From Vicugna vicugna (taxonomy: Eukaryota): DNA of 64,000 nt. The notes below the pieces were generated by a model, which saw only the letters and a program-made list of their open reading frames with translations, did not search any database and was not told the origin of the DNA. How positions within the stretch are numbered: the first letter of the stretch is position 1; every line of letters starts with the position of its first letter. This document shows, in pieces, positions 13,065 through 26,310 of this stretch. The stretch spans positions 5,725,149-5,789,148 of the forward strand of contig MU058213.1 of assembly GCA_013265495.1 (NCBI GenBank), written 5' to 3'. The translations under genes were made by a program, and so were the position numbers.

Positions 13065-13527
13065 ATACTGAAAGACTTTTTTAAAAGTTTCATTCCATAG
13101 TAGACAAAGACAAATCTAGTAAGCCCCAATAATGCTTTAACAGAAACCAAGCAAAAAAACCACCGTACAATTTGCTAACATTCAAAATGTACTTTACATA
13201 ATGGAAAATGATTCTCGTTCAATAAATATATGAATGAATCATGTATCAGGCACTGTTCTAGGGGCAGGAGACATGGAAGAGAATGAATGACAAAATTCCT
13301 TGCCTTCATAGAATCCTGGCACTGTTGTGCTTATTTTCTTATTTTAATCACAAGTATTCTATCTTTCTCTCTTTCAGTACTGTGGCCAAGTACATTACTG
13401 TGTTCTAACATAAGAACTTAACATTCATGTGTACTTGTTCTCACTGTTAGCAACAACAACAAAAACTACACCATATAAAATTAGATTAGTAACTTTTTAA
13501 AAATCTAACAAATTAGGCAACACTTAC

Positions 13528-13691
13528 CGGAGATCCAAAGTTATGTCCAACTTCATGAGCAAATGTAATGTGAGATACTTTGGGGGGTACATGAGACCCA
13601 TAGTTCTGAACAGTAATAATTCCAGTGTTTAAGGACTTCTTCTTACCATCTGAATAGAGCTTACTCTTTTCACATATTCCTCCAGAGCTTC
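13528..13691 (-). CDS. ADAM10: ADAM10 exon 9 (164 bp), zinc-binding motif [10 protein letters not shown]
   Basis: AG acceptor, GTAAGT donor. Encodes [54 protein letters not shown]. Confidence 0.98.
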
Positions 13692-14209
13692 CTAATTCAG
13701 AACAAAGGTGGCTAAAATTAGCATCTACTTCCCCCCAAAATAATTTTCGAATATATGCTATATTAACTTGAAACATTTCCTATGTATTTTGAATCCAAAA
13801 TAAAATTGGTACACACATATATCAAATACTAAAAAGTTTCTTTGGTCCAAGATTAGGAAGTCATTTCAAATAAAAGTTTAATGGAACACAAACTCCCAGG
13901 ATTGAGTACAAAGCCCTTATAAAATGTTCAACCTTATAATCAAAATATCCTCCAATTTTTGCTCCCATTAATTCAGCAAAACAAATACTTAAAGTTTCTG
14001 TTAAATTTAAATATTTCAGTATTTACACTAGGTCAAAGCCTGTATCTTTTCATCTTTCAAAAAGAAAACTTATATTTAAGTTAAATGAAAGCTGAACAAA
14101 ATATTCTCAAGGAGATTCTGAGAAAGTCACCTCTACAAATAACAGCATGATACACAGGAGTATGTGATTCACTATCCTGAGGCAACACATGATATATTTT
14201 TAACGAAGA

Positions 14210-14555
14210 AAAGAACTAGTGGTTTGCAGGGCCTGGGGGGAGGAGATAAAGGCTGACAGAGGTACAAGCTTTCAGTTTAAAGATGAATAAAGTCTGAGGA
14301 TCTAATGTGTTAACACATGATGATTAGTTGATAACACTGTATTATATAAGTGAAATTTGCTAAGAGAATAGAACTTAAACATTCTCACAAAAAAAGGAAA
14401 TAAGGGAAATGTGTAAGGTGACAGATGTATTAATTAACCTGGTGGGGGAATCCTTTCACAATGCATATGAATATCAAATTATCATGCTGTACACTTTCAT
14501 ATCTTATAATTTTATTTGTCAATTATATCTCAATAAAGCTAAAAAAAGAAAAGAA
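14210..14555 (+). mobile_element. L1 3' UTR fragment (L1MA-like)
   Basis: AGATGAATAAAGTCTGAGGATCTAATGT...TTGTCAATTATATCTCAATAAAGCT followed by an A-tail. Confidence 0.75.
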
Positions 14556-17349
14556 TTATGTCAAATGGGTAAAAAAAAAATGGAGGTAAGGAAGGAGACT
14601 AGGTAGGAAGGGAGAGAGAGGAAATGAGGCAAAATGTTAACTGATGAATCCACCAGGAGTAAATGGCACTACTCTTGCAATTTTTTGGCAGGTCTGAATT
14701 TTTTTTCAAAGTAAGTTCAAAAAATTGAACTACGGTTTTTCAATGTGTCTTGAGAATACTTCTAAATTCTAAAAGAAAACCTGCATTTTTACTTATATGA
14801 TACATATCAAATCATTTTGTAATTCACCTATTAATAGTTTTCAAATCTGAGAGCTTAATACTGAAATGAAAGTGCTTCCACATCTAAAGGCAGTTAATTT
14901 AAGAAATTAGAAAAAAAAAAACAACAGCAAATCAGAAACTAGCTGGCCAATCCATGTCTTCATGTGCACTGCACTGAGACGACCATAGTTTTTAAAATAA
15001 CTCTGTTAAAGACTTCCAGTGAGAAGTTCTTTGGTTTACATTCACACTTAAAAGGTTTCTTTATTTGATTTTTAATTAAAATATAATCAAATGGGTTAGG
15101 ATATTCTGATAACTGATCAAATTATTTCAAATCAGCTTTCTACACACACTGTAATACAAAGTTACAACCACATTATTAATCTACTTTAAAAAATGTCACA
15201 TTTATAATCCGATAAAGCATATAATAGAAAGCAATACAAAATAGATCTGAAAGAATGGCATGACACTACAATTGCTGCCTTGTTCCTTTTAATATTAGAA
15301 AGTATATGGCAATAAATCATAGATTTGAATTACTGTTATGAGACAACACAGGAAGCTGAAATGAGAATGTGCGTCACAGAAAAGATAATCGAAAGACTAA
15401 GCCATATGCAGATTTTAACCAGCAAAGGATTGAGAAGCTTTATGACATTTAAAACTTACTACCTTTTCTACACAGAAAACTGACTAAAAAGAAAACAGCA
15501 AATGATTTATGAATATTTAATATATTTTCTTAAACTACCCCTACTTTTGGAGAAGAGTCCCAAGGACTATATCACTATTTCTAGAAACTAGAAAAGATAT
15601 GAATAAGCACTCTGGATATAATAATTACAGTCTTCATATTATAATTTGACATAAATAGTAAATTAATATCCTGCCTTACTGAAGATGTGTCATATGCAAA
15701 GTGGTCCAATGCAGTACTGTCAAAGTTGAATTAAGCATAGAAGACTCCACACTGCAAATCTTTATCAGTTAAAAAAAAGTAAATAGCATATGTTAAAAAC
15801 TCTGATAATATACTTTTCTGTATTTTTAAGATCTAGCTAGTTTAGGGGAAAATAATACATAAATTTGAGTGTACTCTTCCGAAATATAGTCTTTGTAACT
15901 CATACCTTGTTTAATGTCTTAAACAATTGCTTTTGATTTTTAATGACTACTGCTTATATAGGAAAGTTTACTGTTTGTTATAGACTAATCACATACATTG
16001 GAATAACTAAATCATACAGGGAGAAATAAAATACTAAATCTAATTTTATAAGTTATGACTTAACTTTTAAATACTGTAACTACTTTTGACATGCTAGAAA
16101 CTCAATTGATAATATAAATACCTATAGCTAAGCCATGAATCACGTTCAGTAATTGGTTAACCGTGTAAACTGAAGAGTTTACACACATAGTAAACACTTA
16201 AAAACACAAAAATGAATAAAAATGAGGACAGAATTTGAGTCAAAAACAATTACTGATGGATGATAACTCAATAACCAACAAAGAAATATAACGACATTTT
16301 TCTAGCTACAGGACAGTCTGAGAGCTAGTCACAGAGTATCAGTACTGAACTTAAAACAGATCCCCCACCACCAAAAGAAAAAAATTATAAAACCTACAAG
16401 GCTAATATAATACCAGAGTCCATAAATGTAGTTTTGACAGGAGCAGGCCTAAACATTTAAAACTTAATAGTAGCATGTTGACCATACAATATTAATCTGA
16501 GCAGTAGTACTGAACCAGACATTAATACCACCCCCAGACAGGTTATTAGGAAATGTCTCAGGGCATTTCCGTGTCTTTCACGTCTAGGGAATCGTACTCA
16601 CACATAACGGGTAGTACCAGAGATGTTAAATATTCTGTAAGGGACAATCCAGACCTGCACAAAATGCCAACATTAAGTGCCCTGTAGTCTACTAATGTAA
16701 TATTCTAATGGTGTAATTCTCCTGGCCTTTTAATTATAGACTTTCAAACAACAGGTTAAGAATTCGATAGGCTGCTGGTTACAGTGAGAACCTCACGCTG
16801 AGTTTTGCATGCAGTCAAATTCTAATACGTAAAACCAAACTAAAATTTCTAAACCAAGAAAAACAGAAGAGACAATTTCTACCAAAAGAAATGTCTCAAA
16901 AAAAATGTTTTTCACAAATGGTCAAAGGAATACTGAATAGCTCAGGAGTACCTCTGGAGATGAATTCGAGAGCTAGACTTGGTCACTGACCTGGCCAAAC
17001 TGAGAATATGTTCATTGGGTTAAGTAATAACATTAAGATGGATAAGAGATGAGCAGAATATCAAAGAACAAAGATTCCTTCTGTTTCCAACTCATGCTCC
17101 CATTCTTCTGTCCCCTCCTAGCCCCTCCCCAGAAGCTCTTGGAAAAAGACTTCTGAGAGCTGGAGTTGAGGAGTTAACATAGAGTAAAGGAAGAGGGCGT
17201 CAGAACCCAATAACAAAAATACAGGTAATGTGTCTCATCATTTTCAATCCAGAACGCTGCCTACTGCTGTTTCAGTAAAATAAGCAGCATTTCATAAAAT
17301 AAGTGGTCCAGCTATTAAAAACAACTAGACAAAATAACTGTCTCCAAAC

Positions 17350-17775
17350 CCCATAACCCCAGTCGAATCATAAGAAAAACACCCAACACGCTGAAACAGA
17401 GGGGCATCCTACAGTATACATGACCAATACTCCTCAAAATCGTCAAGGTTATGAAAAACCAGAAATGCCTGATAAACCATCAGACAAGGAGAGGCTAAAG
17501 ACACAAGAACCAAATGTACTGTATTGCAGTGTCCTGGATGAGAACCTGGAATAGAAAAAGGAACTTAGGTAAAAAATAAAGAAATCTGAATGAACTATGG
17601 ACTGACTTTGGTTAACAATAATGTACCAATATTGGTTCATTAACTGTAACAAAGGTACCATACTACTGTAAGCTGTTAATAATATAAGAAAGTAGGGGAA
17701 ACAGCTCTGCTATCTGCTCAGTTTTTCTATAGATTTAAAACTTTTCTAAAAATACAGTCTACTTAAAAAAAAAAA
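17350..17775 (+). mobile_element. Old L1 3' UTR fragment (L1MC-like)
   Basis: GAAATCTGAATGAACTATGGACT...ATTGGTTCATTAACTGTAACAAAGGTACCATACT...AAAACTTTTCTAAAA plus an A-tail. Confidence 0.7.
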
Positions 17776-17954
17776 GTGGCTGCATTGATGGATAAATACC
17801 TAAAGATTTAGGAAATTTTGACCAAGCTTCTTCGGGAGCATTACATTCTTAATGAATAACAGTCTGGAGGTGAAAATGAAAAATAGCAGACTTTTTAGTT
17901 TAAAATCATCCAATCATTTGCCCAATAGACCTTTTGTGAGCAAAAAATATCAAT

Positions 17955-18142
17955 ATGGTGGTTTTCAAACTTTGGTGTGCATCAGAATCGAGTGGAGGGT
18001 TTCTTCAAACAAAGATTGATGGGCTCCACACCTAGAGTTTCTGATTCAGTACACCTGAATGGGGCCCATGAATTTACATTTCTAACAAGTTCCCAGGCGA
18101 TGCTGATGCTGCTAGTCCATGGAGCACACTTAAAGAACCACT
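17955..18142. mobile_element. MER5A hAT-Charlie DNA transposon
   Basis: GTGGTTTTCAAACTT..GTGCATCAGAATC...AGAGTTTCTGATTCAGTA...CATTTCTAACAAGTTCCCAGGCGATGCTGATGCTGCT...AGAACCACT, about 190 bp. Confidence 0.85.
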
Positions 18143-19579
18143 ACAGTAATGGTTCTATACAAAGAAAAATCAAATGAATTCCTGAGTCTTTACAGTACTT
18201 ACTGATGCATAAAGAGAAGGGATTATAAACACTGTGATAAAATTATCCAACTAACCAAGGAGGGGAAACGAAATTTCAGAATATAAAAGTTATAAAACAT
18301 GCAAATTATCATAGGAAATAGTGAGTTGCACAATCTGCTGACAATGCAGGTAACACAAAACCAGCACAGATTATCATAAAGGACAAATATCCAAACATAC
18401 TGCAGTATGATATATGCAGCCTATGACATAAAATTGTACTTTAATGACATCACAAAATTGAGTACACTTTAAAATGGAGCAGAAGAACAAAATCTCTGGA
18501 AATTGTAAAGAGGATATTCATTGCTGGCTTAAAAATCAAAAAAAAAAAACAAGAGAGTAAGAAATATAAAAGCAGAAATACAGTCCTAAGATGTTAAAAT
18601 ATGCAAAACAAATCAAAGAATAAACTAAGACTAGGAATACCTATTCCCATTCTATCCTATCCAGGTCTTACGCGGGATAAAGCAGAAGTTAATTCTTTTA
18701 AAAAGATACAAATGGTGGGTCAGAAGAAGGAGAAATTGCTATATATAGCTCAGAAGACGACAGACTACTGATCAAACTCTGTATGGCAAAATTTATATTC
18801 CAGGAGTCTGGGATTCTTTCTACTCATCTCACAGTTAATAAACTTGTATTTCTCTAAACTAGGCTACTGAATTTATTATAATATAAATCACAGACCCCCA
18901 CCTCACTGCAATGGGAGGGGAACTATCCTGTCCCAGCTTTCTCAATGACAGTAGCTCATGGCTAAGGCAGAGCCCCCAGCAGAGTGTGGGCCCATGTGGT
19001 AAGGCAAATGGAGGGAGGGGTACTGGGACCTCCTGCTCATATCTCCTTCCAGGCAATACTTCCTTTTTGTTAAAATAAAGGCTAGAAATAAAATAATAAA
19101 GGCAGTCTTTGCTTTTCTTTCTACCGGCTGTTCCTGATCAGGGTCTCTCTCCATCTCACTGTAGAATAGAAGCAAGTTTCCCCTTTTGACTCTAAGAACC
19201 TCTCCCCATCCCCCAACACTCAAAATAATTAATTAACTAATGAATTAATGATACTAACTTTTGTGAAAAAAATTGATACTTTGCTTTTTGGTTTCAGAAG
19301 TAAGTACCGCTTTTTCCCATAAAATTATTTACTTCAGCCTCTGAACGCACCAAATGGCAGGATATCTCCGTTAGTACTCATTTACTCATTCCCAAACAAA
19401 AAGCTGCTTAATCTATTTTTCCATTTACAATATGCTTATGAATCGTGCCTACCTCAAACTGGTTAAATTAAGATATTATATAAGCGTCACTTTCTCCTAT
19501 ACTTTATAAAATTCAATCAGCCCTGAGAATTGCTTTTCGTTTCAAGTAGTAAGACAAAAAACACAGTTAAATAAACTAC

Positions 19580-19763
19580 CTGAAGGTGCTCCAACCCAAG
19601 CCAGACCAAGGACACCATCATCAAAATCTCGGTCTGTGAAGACATAGGCCAAACAGTAGTCATCATGATTCTGCTCAGAATTCAGTTCCAGAAACTTCTC
19701 CACACCAATATTTGGAAAACGGAAGGGATTTGAAGGGTCCTTTTCATCAGCAGTTGTGTTGAT
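19580..19763 (-). CDS. ADAM10: ADAM10 exon 8 (184 bp), metalloprotease domain
   Basis: AG acceptor, GTAGTT donor. Encodes [61 protein letters not shown](G). Confidence 0.97.
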
Positions 19764-22457
19764 CTAAAAACCAAAACAATGGTCTTTAACAAGCAATTAA
19801 TGTTAGCAGAGTCTTAGTGTAAGTAGCATCTGCCTGCACAATATGCTTGGGTATCAAGGGAATCAGGCCTGAATTACGGCTTCTACAGTGATTCCCACTG
19901 CCTCCATCCCTGAGCTAATCACAGAAGCCAAAAAGAAAGAAGGGAAAAAGAAAGGCAGGGTCAGGAAATTAAAATTGAATTCGTTCAATAAAAGAAAAAT
20001 ACATAAATAAACACGGAAAAGAAAAACAATGAAAAAATAAAATTGAATACATTCAATTTCTGAGCAAGTATTCACCAGATTCCTGAGCACTGACTAATTA
20101 GGATGGAAAAACAAGTTCTGCTTTCAAAATTTCTGATAAGGAAGTATACTTTCCCAAATTTAATCATCTGATCAGTCTCTTTTAATGCTCATCTTCTACA
20201 TATGGTGACAAGTAAAAAGACATAAAACCCTCTATTTCAGCTAATTACTAGAACATGAAACAGATACCGAACCTAAGACTGTCAATTCAGCAGACAAATC
20301 ATATTCTTGGTTCTCCTTGCCTGGAAAGTCCTCAGTCAAGCAAGCCAAACTAACTTCAAGTTCAATTTTTTTCCCTGAACATGGATAAGAATTTTTTTTC
20401 TTTGCTAATTTGTTTCTCTTACTATTTCAAGCTGAGTTCCTCCAGAATGTTTCCTTTGACGCTTAGCTACTATACTCCTGCTGCAGGCTTCTCCTTCACA
20501 ATCTGAAGAATAATCAGTTCTGATACCAAACTTCTACTAAACAATAGCTTTCATTTATTAGTCTCTGCTTCCTTTCAGAAAGCCCTGCCATATGCCCTGA
20601 AGTCCTAGAACAATTTGGCTTTCCCTAAGTAAGTCAAAGAATTATATACAGGATTGTGGATAAAGAATAAAAAGGAATATATTGAAAGTAAACATTGTTT
20701 AGAAGGCAAATGTCAGTCTACTGAAAATATGAGTATTAAGGGGAGGCTATTACAGTTCATAAAAATGAAGCTATCGGTCTTTTTAGGATCCACATCCTTC
20801 AGTAAAACCAAGGAGCTTAAATTAGATACAGGATGACAGAAACACCACTGAGGGCAACTGTCTAAGAATAGATTTGAGAACATCTGGTTCATTCATTAAC
20901 AATTAGCCCACAGCAGTCAGGTATGCTCATCTAACACAGAAAAAAATCCAGAAACAAGAACACTATATATTTCAAGTAGCCCGCGCTTACAGACATGTGA
21001 CATATGGCTTTCTCCCACTAAACATATAAATGAGACTCTCTGATACTTTTGTAATATTGGCTACATAATAAAAATTGCATCTAAATTTTAGTTATCTATA
21101 TTAAAAATGAGATGACCAATACTTAAATATTTGCTTATATAATATAAATTTCAAACTATTTAATGAGTCACAAACTTCAACTGATGAGATATAAAATTTT
21201 AATCTTAGTTAAAGGCTTGAAAACAACCAAATGCCACATTACCCTTTTATATACATGCATTTCTTCATAAAGCACATTATTTTACTCAAAAAAACGTGCT
21301 TCACTAAAATTTTTTCAGATGTTCTCTACTTTTCGTACTCTGCATTTTATTACTCTGTCTACTAAACAGCAGTACTTACACCACTTATCATGGTCACTTG
21401 CTCATTTAAAAGTTTATATTGCCCTCAAAATACATGAAAGCAATTGATTACAAATAGTTCTTATATTGTATACCTACAAACTGTATTTCACCTTAAAACA
21501 ATCCGATGTAATATTTAATCATGCTACTTTTAGAAGTAAGGACCACTTTCAGCTATTTTATTAAACATATTGCATGAATGTACTAAAGTTATAACCTAGC
21601 CAACCATATAAGAAGCATAAATACAAAGAAACCCTGTGGCAAGTACTTTTGCAAAATGATGATTTTTAAAACTCAGGTTATCTAATTCATAATGTCTTAA
21701 AAACTTTTAAAGTGCGTTGAAAGACTACATATTTAGAAAATTTTTGAAACAGCCCAATTTTGTTAGTAGTTAAGTATTTACTTATTAAAAATTAATAACA
21801 TTAAAACTAAAAATCAGTGACTCTGGACCAGCATTTCTCAAAGTGTGTTCTGCAGTTCTTCGAAGTCTCAGTTGACGTTAATACAAAAAAAGATTAAATT
21901 AGTTTAGAAAAGTATGAGTTTCTTTCTTAAAGGATTTCTCAAAATTTGGAATACATCAGTGTGTACTATTAAATTTCAAGAAGAAGAAATAGTATTAAAT
22001 GTTTTTCCAGCTTCCAATTTTATTTAACGACTGTATCTATCCTTCCCTCCACTGGAACATCAAACGAGACACACTCTGAAATACACTGCACGCCAAGTCT
22101 GAAGAAACTGGGGAATAACACCAGGGGAAAAAATGTCAAGTACTCTATCTGTCGTTATTGAGAAGGCTTTCTAACTGGTATGTTAATTAGACAGATAGAA
22201 AACAGTACTTTCTACCATACTCCTTTTACAGTCCAGAGTAAAGCCCTATAGACTTCATTCTTAAATCATAAACCCAGGTGTCCCCTGTGTGTGTGTGTGT
22301 AAAATCAAAGAGTAAAGATCTACTGTATGAGTAAATACAATTTAATTTGAACTATTTAATGCACAAAGATGAAGTAAAAAGCAAGCATTTTTCTTTTTGT
22401 AAACATTGTCCTTATTGTTTCTCTTTTTCAATATTCTTATCTATTGAAATTCCTTAC

Positions 22458-22550
22458 TCTTATACGTTTCACCATGAAACTGATGTTACGGATTCCGGAG
22501 AAGTCTGTGGTCTGGTAAATTGTATCAATTGCTTTAACATGACTGGATAT
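22458..22550 (-). CDS. ADAM10: ADAM10 exon 7 (93 bp), metalloprotease domain
   Basis: AG acceptor, GTAAGG donor. Encodes [31 protein letters not shown], including an NIS sequon. Confidence 0.97.
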
Positions 22551-24021
22551 CTATTGATTAAAAAAAAAGAAGAAGAAGAATTTTTTAGAGGCAATGTTGA
22601 AATGTAAAAAAGATTGTGAATTTCCATTTCCCAAATCAAGAATTATTCATATTCTACCAAATTCAAATTTTAAAGTGCCTGTATCATATACTGTACGAAA
22701 GGCTGAAAAATATCAGTGAACTGCAGCTGAGAGGGAAATTCTGTGACTTCTCCACTTTTCTCTGGTCAAAACAAACATGTACTCTTGCCTCAGCTATATA
22801 AAACTTTGTTTCCTCGATCCATCCCAAAACGTCATACCTCCATGCCCTTCACATGCTGCTCCTTATGCCTATGGTATTCATCCCTTAGACTCAGCTCAAA
22901 TATCTTCTGGGAATACTTCCCTGATAATATCAGGACACTCGGTCATTCTGACTTTAGTCTTTCCATTACTGCACTAGTGCACGTTCTATAAGTTTTGTTC
23001 ACCACTTATTGTATACTAGGCACTGTTTTAGGTGCTGGGGGCATACTGGTGAACAAAATTGAGACCATCCCTATAAATTTAGAGATTTATTCTAGAGGGG
23101 GAAGAAGAGAAGAAAGCAATACAAATATAAATAACATACATTCAGATTTTGCTCAATTGTACAAAGAGATAAACAGGGTGACAGAACACAAAAAGAACCC
23201 CTGTTTACCTAGCTGACTCCCAACTAAACTGTCTGGTTTCTAAACCATTCTATAGCAACCTTCCTATCCTCAGTTACAAAAAGCACTCTTGCTACCACTT
23301 ATGTGAAAATATGTATATATACTTTCGAAACTATTTTCAAAGAAACTGTATAAACATAAGATATTCAAATAGAAGCATTAACAATAATAATTTCAAAAGT
23401 AGCCAGGTTGGCAAACATTGATAAAGAACACCATAACGGTGCGGATAGGGTCCATCATAAATTCACACCATCTAACCTCAGCTTGGCCTACCAATCCTTA
23501 TCCAATTCTCACTGTGTCTACTAAACCCCCAACGGGGGCCGTTCAAACATTTCTCCACAGATGATCTCATGTCTTAATTTACTTAAAGTCTATCTTGACT
23601 TCCCTCTCTTAACTTTCAAATTTTTCTATTTTTAATCCATTGCTGTCTTCCTCAAATGGTAACTCTTCCTTAAAGTGTAATTTCTCTATATTCCTGATCC
23701 TAACCCTTGCTGGACCTTAAGGAATGTTGTTCCCCATCAATTTTTATTTTTCTTACATCTTATACTGCTTCTCTACTGGGTCATTTTCCTCTTTTTACCA
23801 ACTTCTCAAGAATTCCCCTTTCACTCGAACATTTCATATTATTTCTAAGCCACCATTTTTTTTTTTCAGTTTTTCACATCTCTTGAAACGCTAACTGCTC
23901 CTGCCAGCACATTCCTTATGGTCTGCAATGTTTTCACCATCACAGCTTTATTGAGAGTGTGCTTAAAGCCCATCAGTAATCTTCTAATAACTGAAAATCA
24001 ACTAACTTTTATAATCATTCT

Positions 24022-24145
24022 CTTTTTTGGCATTACTGAGGCATAAATGAAAAACAAAATGTAAGATATTTAAAATGTACACCATGATGATTCAATATAC
24101 ATGTACACTGTGAAAGGATCCCTACCATCTAGTTAATTAATATAC
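24022..24145 (-). mobile_element. Short L1 3' end
   Basis: T-run then ATTTAAAATGTACACCATGATGATT...CACTGTGAAAGGAT. Degenerate TCATT.TCTTT direct repeats flank it. Confidence 0.6.
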
Positions 24146-25029
24146 TGTGGTCATTTTCTTTGATATCTCTGTGATATGACACTATTAGCTATGCATTTTG
24201 TTTTGAAACTTTGCTTGTTCCTTGGCTGATCTTATTTAACCTCCTACCTTTTCAACTATTGTATTTTACCTCATAGCTTCTCCTCCTCATCCTACTCAAC
24301 AGAAGGAGACTGTATCTCCCAGTTCTTTTCCTTCTGATTTCATTCTTTCCCTTTCATTCTCTCTCCTTAACTATCTCTTTCGTATCCTTAAATCACATGC
24401 AGAAAGCTCAAGGCTAACCTCTCCCATGCACATGGGCTTCTGAACATGTCTAAAAATAAGTTCATCACTACCGTCAAAATTAGTTCACCACTTGTACTAC
24501 TGGTGCCTCGATCCTCCCAGTCTCAAATCCTTGGACTCAAAACGCATTCATCAAACCCTCAATGGATACCATCAACAAAGGCTACTTTGAAGAGTATCTC
24601 AGGAAAATTTATATTTTAGTAAGGTTTGAAAAGACATACATGGAGATAATAACGTAGCTCAGAAAGTGCTAAACACAATGAAAATACAGAACAGAAATTA
24701 AATATTCTTACTGGAAGGATTCCTAACTTTCCCTCCTTTAAGACCACAAATGAAAATATGACCCTCTTTTCAAAGCTAAGCTCCAATATCATCATCTCCA
24801 TGAGATCATTTTCTTACATTTCTCTCTTGAATGACACTAAAATATCCTAACTGGTCTTTCAGTAATCTGTGTTCTTATGATACATATTTTATCATATCAC
24901 AATTGGAAATACATCTCCTTATTTTTCCAAAATGTGATATACAGTAATTTTAATTTTTAGAGGAAAATATAGGTATAAAGAAATAATATGACAGTATGTG
25001 AAACAAAATAGTAGCAAAATTATAAATAC

Positions 25030-25179
25030 CTGGGCAATCACAGCTTCTCGTGTTCCATAATATTTAAAGAATAGATGATCAGTCTGAATATAAAGCTGAC
25101 AAGTATTTTTTTCAGCTGAAGTTGTACGTTTTTTCCTCCGGAGTTCTGGACCATTAACAGTATGTTCTTCATGAGGTGT
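25030..25179 (-). CDS. ADAM10: ADAM10 exon 6 (150 bp), furin site and start of metalloprotease domain
   Basis: AG acceptor, GTATTT donor. Encodes [50 protein letters not shown]. Confidence 0.97.
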
Positions 25180-25549
25180 CTATATGTCAAAGAAAGTCAT
25201 TTCTGATCATTAGCATGCTTCACTTATTATAATTTTATATAGTTAAGATTACACATTATAAGCAACTTCATTTTCTGCTTTATTATGTGAGACCATAGGT
25301 ATTTCTTCATGCTGTTAAAATTTCTTCATAAATATCACTTTCAGTCTGGTAACATTCTACTGTGTAGATGATTTATTTATTCAAGCAATTCTTTCACTCT
25401 GAAACACTTTCAAAACATACCCTTTAATAACCTGAATAAACTATGGACTTTAGTTGATTTAAAAAATATCTTTTAATGTGTAATCATGTAAATATAAAGC
25501 AAGTCTTACGGTAGCTTACCTATTTTACGCTACCTCACCTCTAATACCT

Positions 25550-26310
25550 AACACCACCTCTAATTTCACCCAGCCCTGTCAAATTTAGCTCCTAAATACT
25601 TAGGGCATCTGCCCATCACCTTCGGCTCTACCACATTAGCCCAAGCCACCATCACTTATTACCTAGAGTACTGCAATAAGAGCGATGGAGTCTATCTATC
25701 TATATCCACTAGTGGCCTTCAACCTAATCTTCATACCACAATTGTCTCAAAATGCCAAAAACCAAAATATTATCCATCTGCATAACGCATTTCAAACACT
25801 TCCTGCTGCTCTAAGGAAAAAGCCCTAAACCCTTTAAATGCACTCAATCAGCACCGCAGACTCTACTTGTCTGCCAGTTTTGTTCCGTTCCATGCTACTT
25901 CACAGAGAGACCCCACTGCCTTACCCAGCTCTAACTCTCTGTGCCACAGCTACACAGGCCTCCTTTCCAATCCTCCAAAACACAGTCTCTCTCCTGCCAC
26001 AGTCTTTTGCACATGGTGATGCTGCCTCTCCTGATCTAGTTAATTTCTTTCTTCATACTCAGCAAAGGTCAATTCATCCATTTTACCACCTCACAGACCC
26101 ATGCACCCATGTCCCTTACATAGTACAACTTCACAGTTTGCCATGTAATTATCAGTTTATCTTCTGTCTCCAGCCCACCACCATTACTTTAACCTCTAGA
26201 ATACGAGTTTTAGAAAGAAGAAACTATCTCTGTGTTTGCTTCTCTCTGTACTGCTATCAGCTAACATATTGGCAGGCAAACAGTAGACACTCAATAAGAA
26301 TTAATGCTGC
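25550..26310 (+). mobile_element. L2 LINE 3' fragment
   Basis: CCAAGCCACCATCACTT..ACCT, CTTTGCACATG.TG, ending in GTAGACACTCAATAA, as in L2 3' ends. Confidence 0.6.

Noticed and set aside
12323..13100. ORFs 12323..12565, 12645..13100 and 12674..12904 as genes
   Set aside because: These are frameshifted L1 ORF2 remnants and their antisense shadow.
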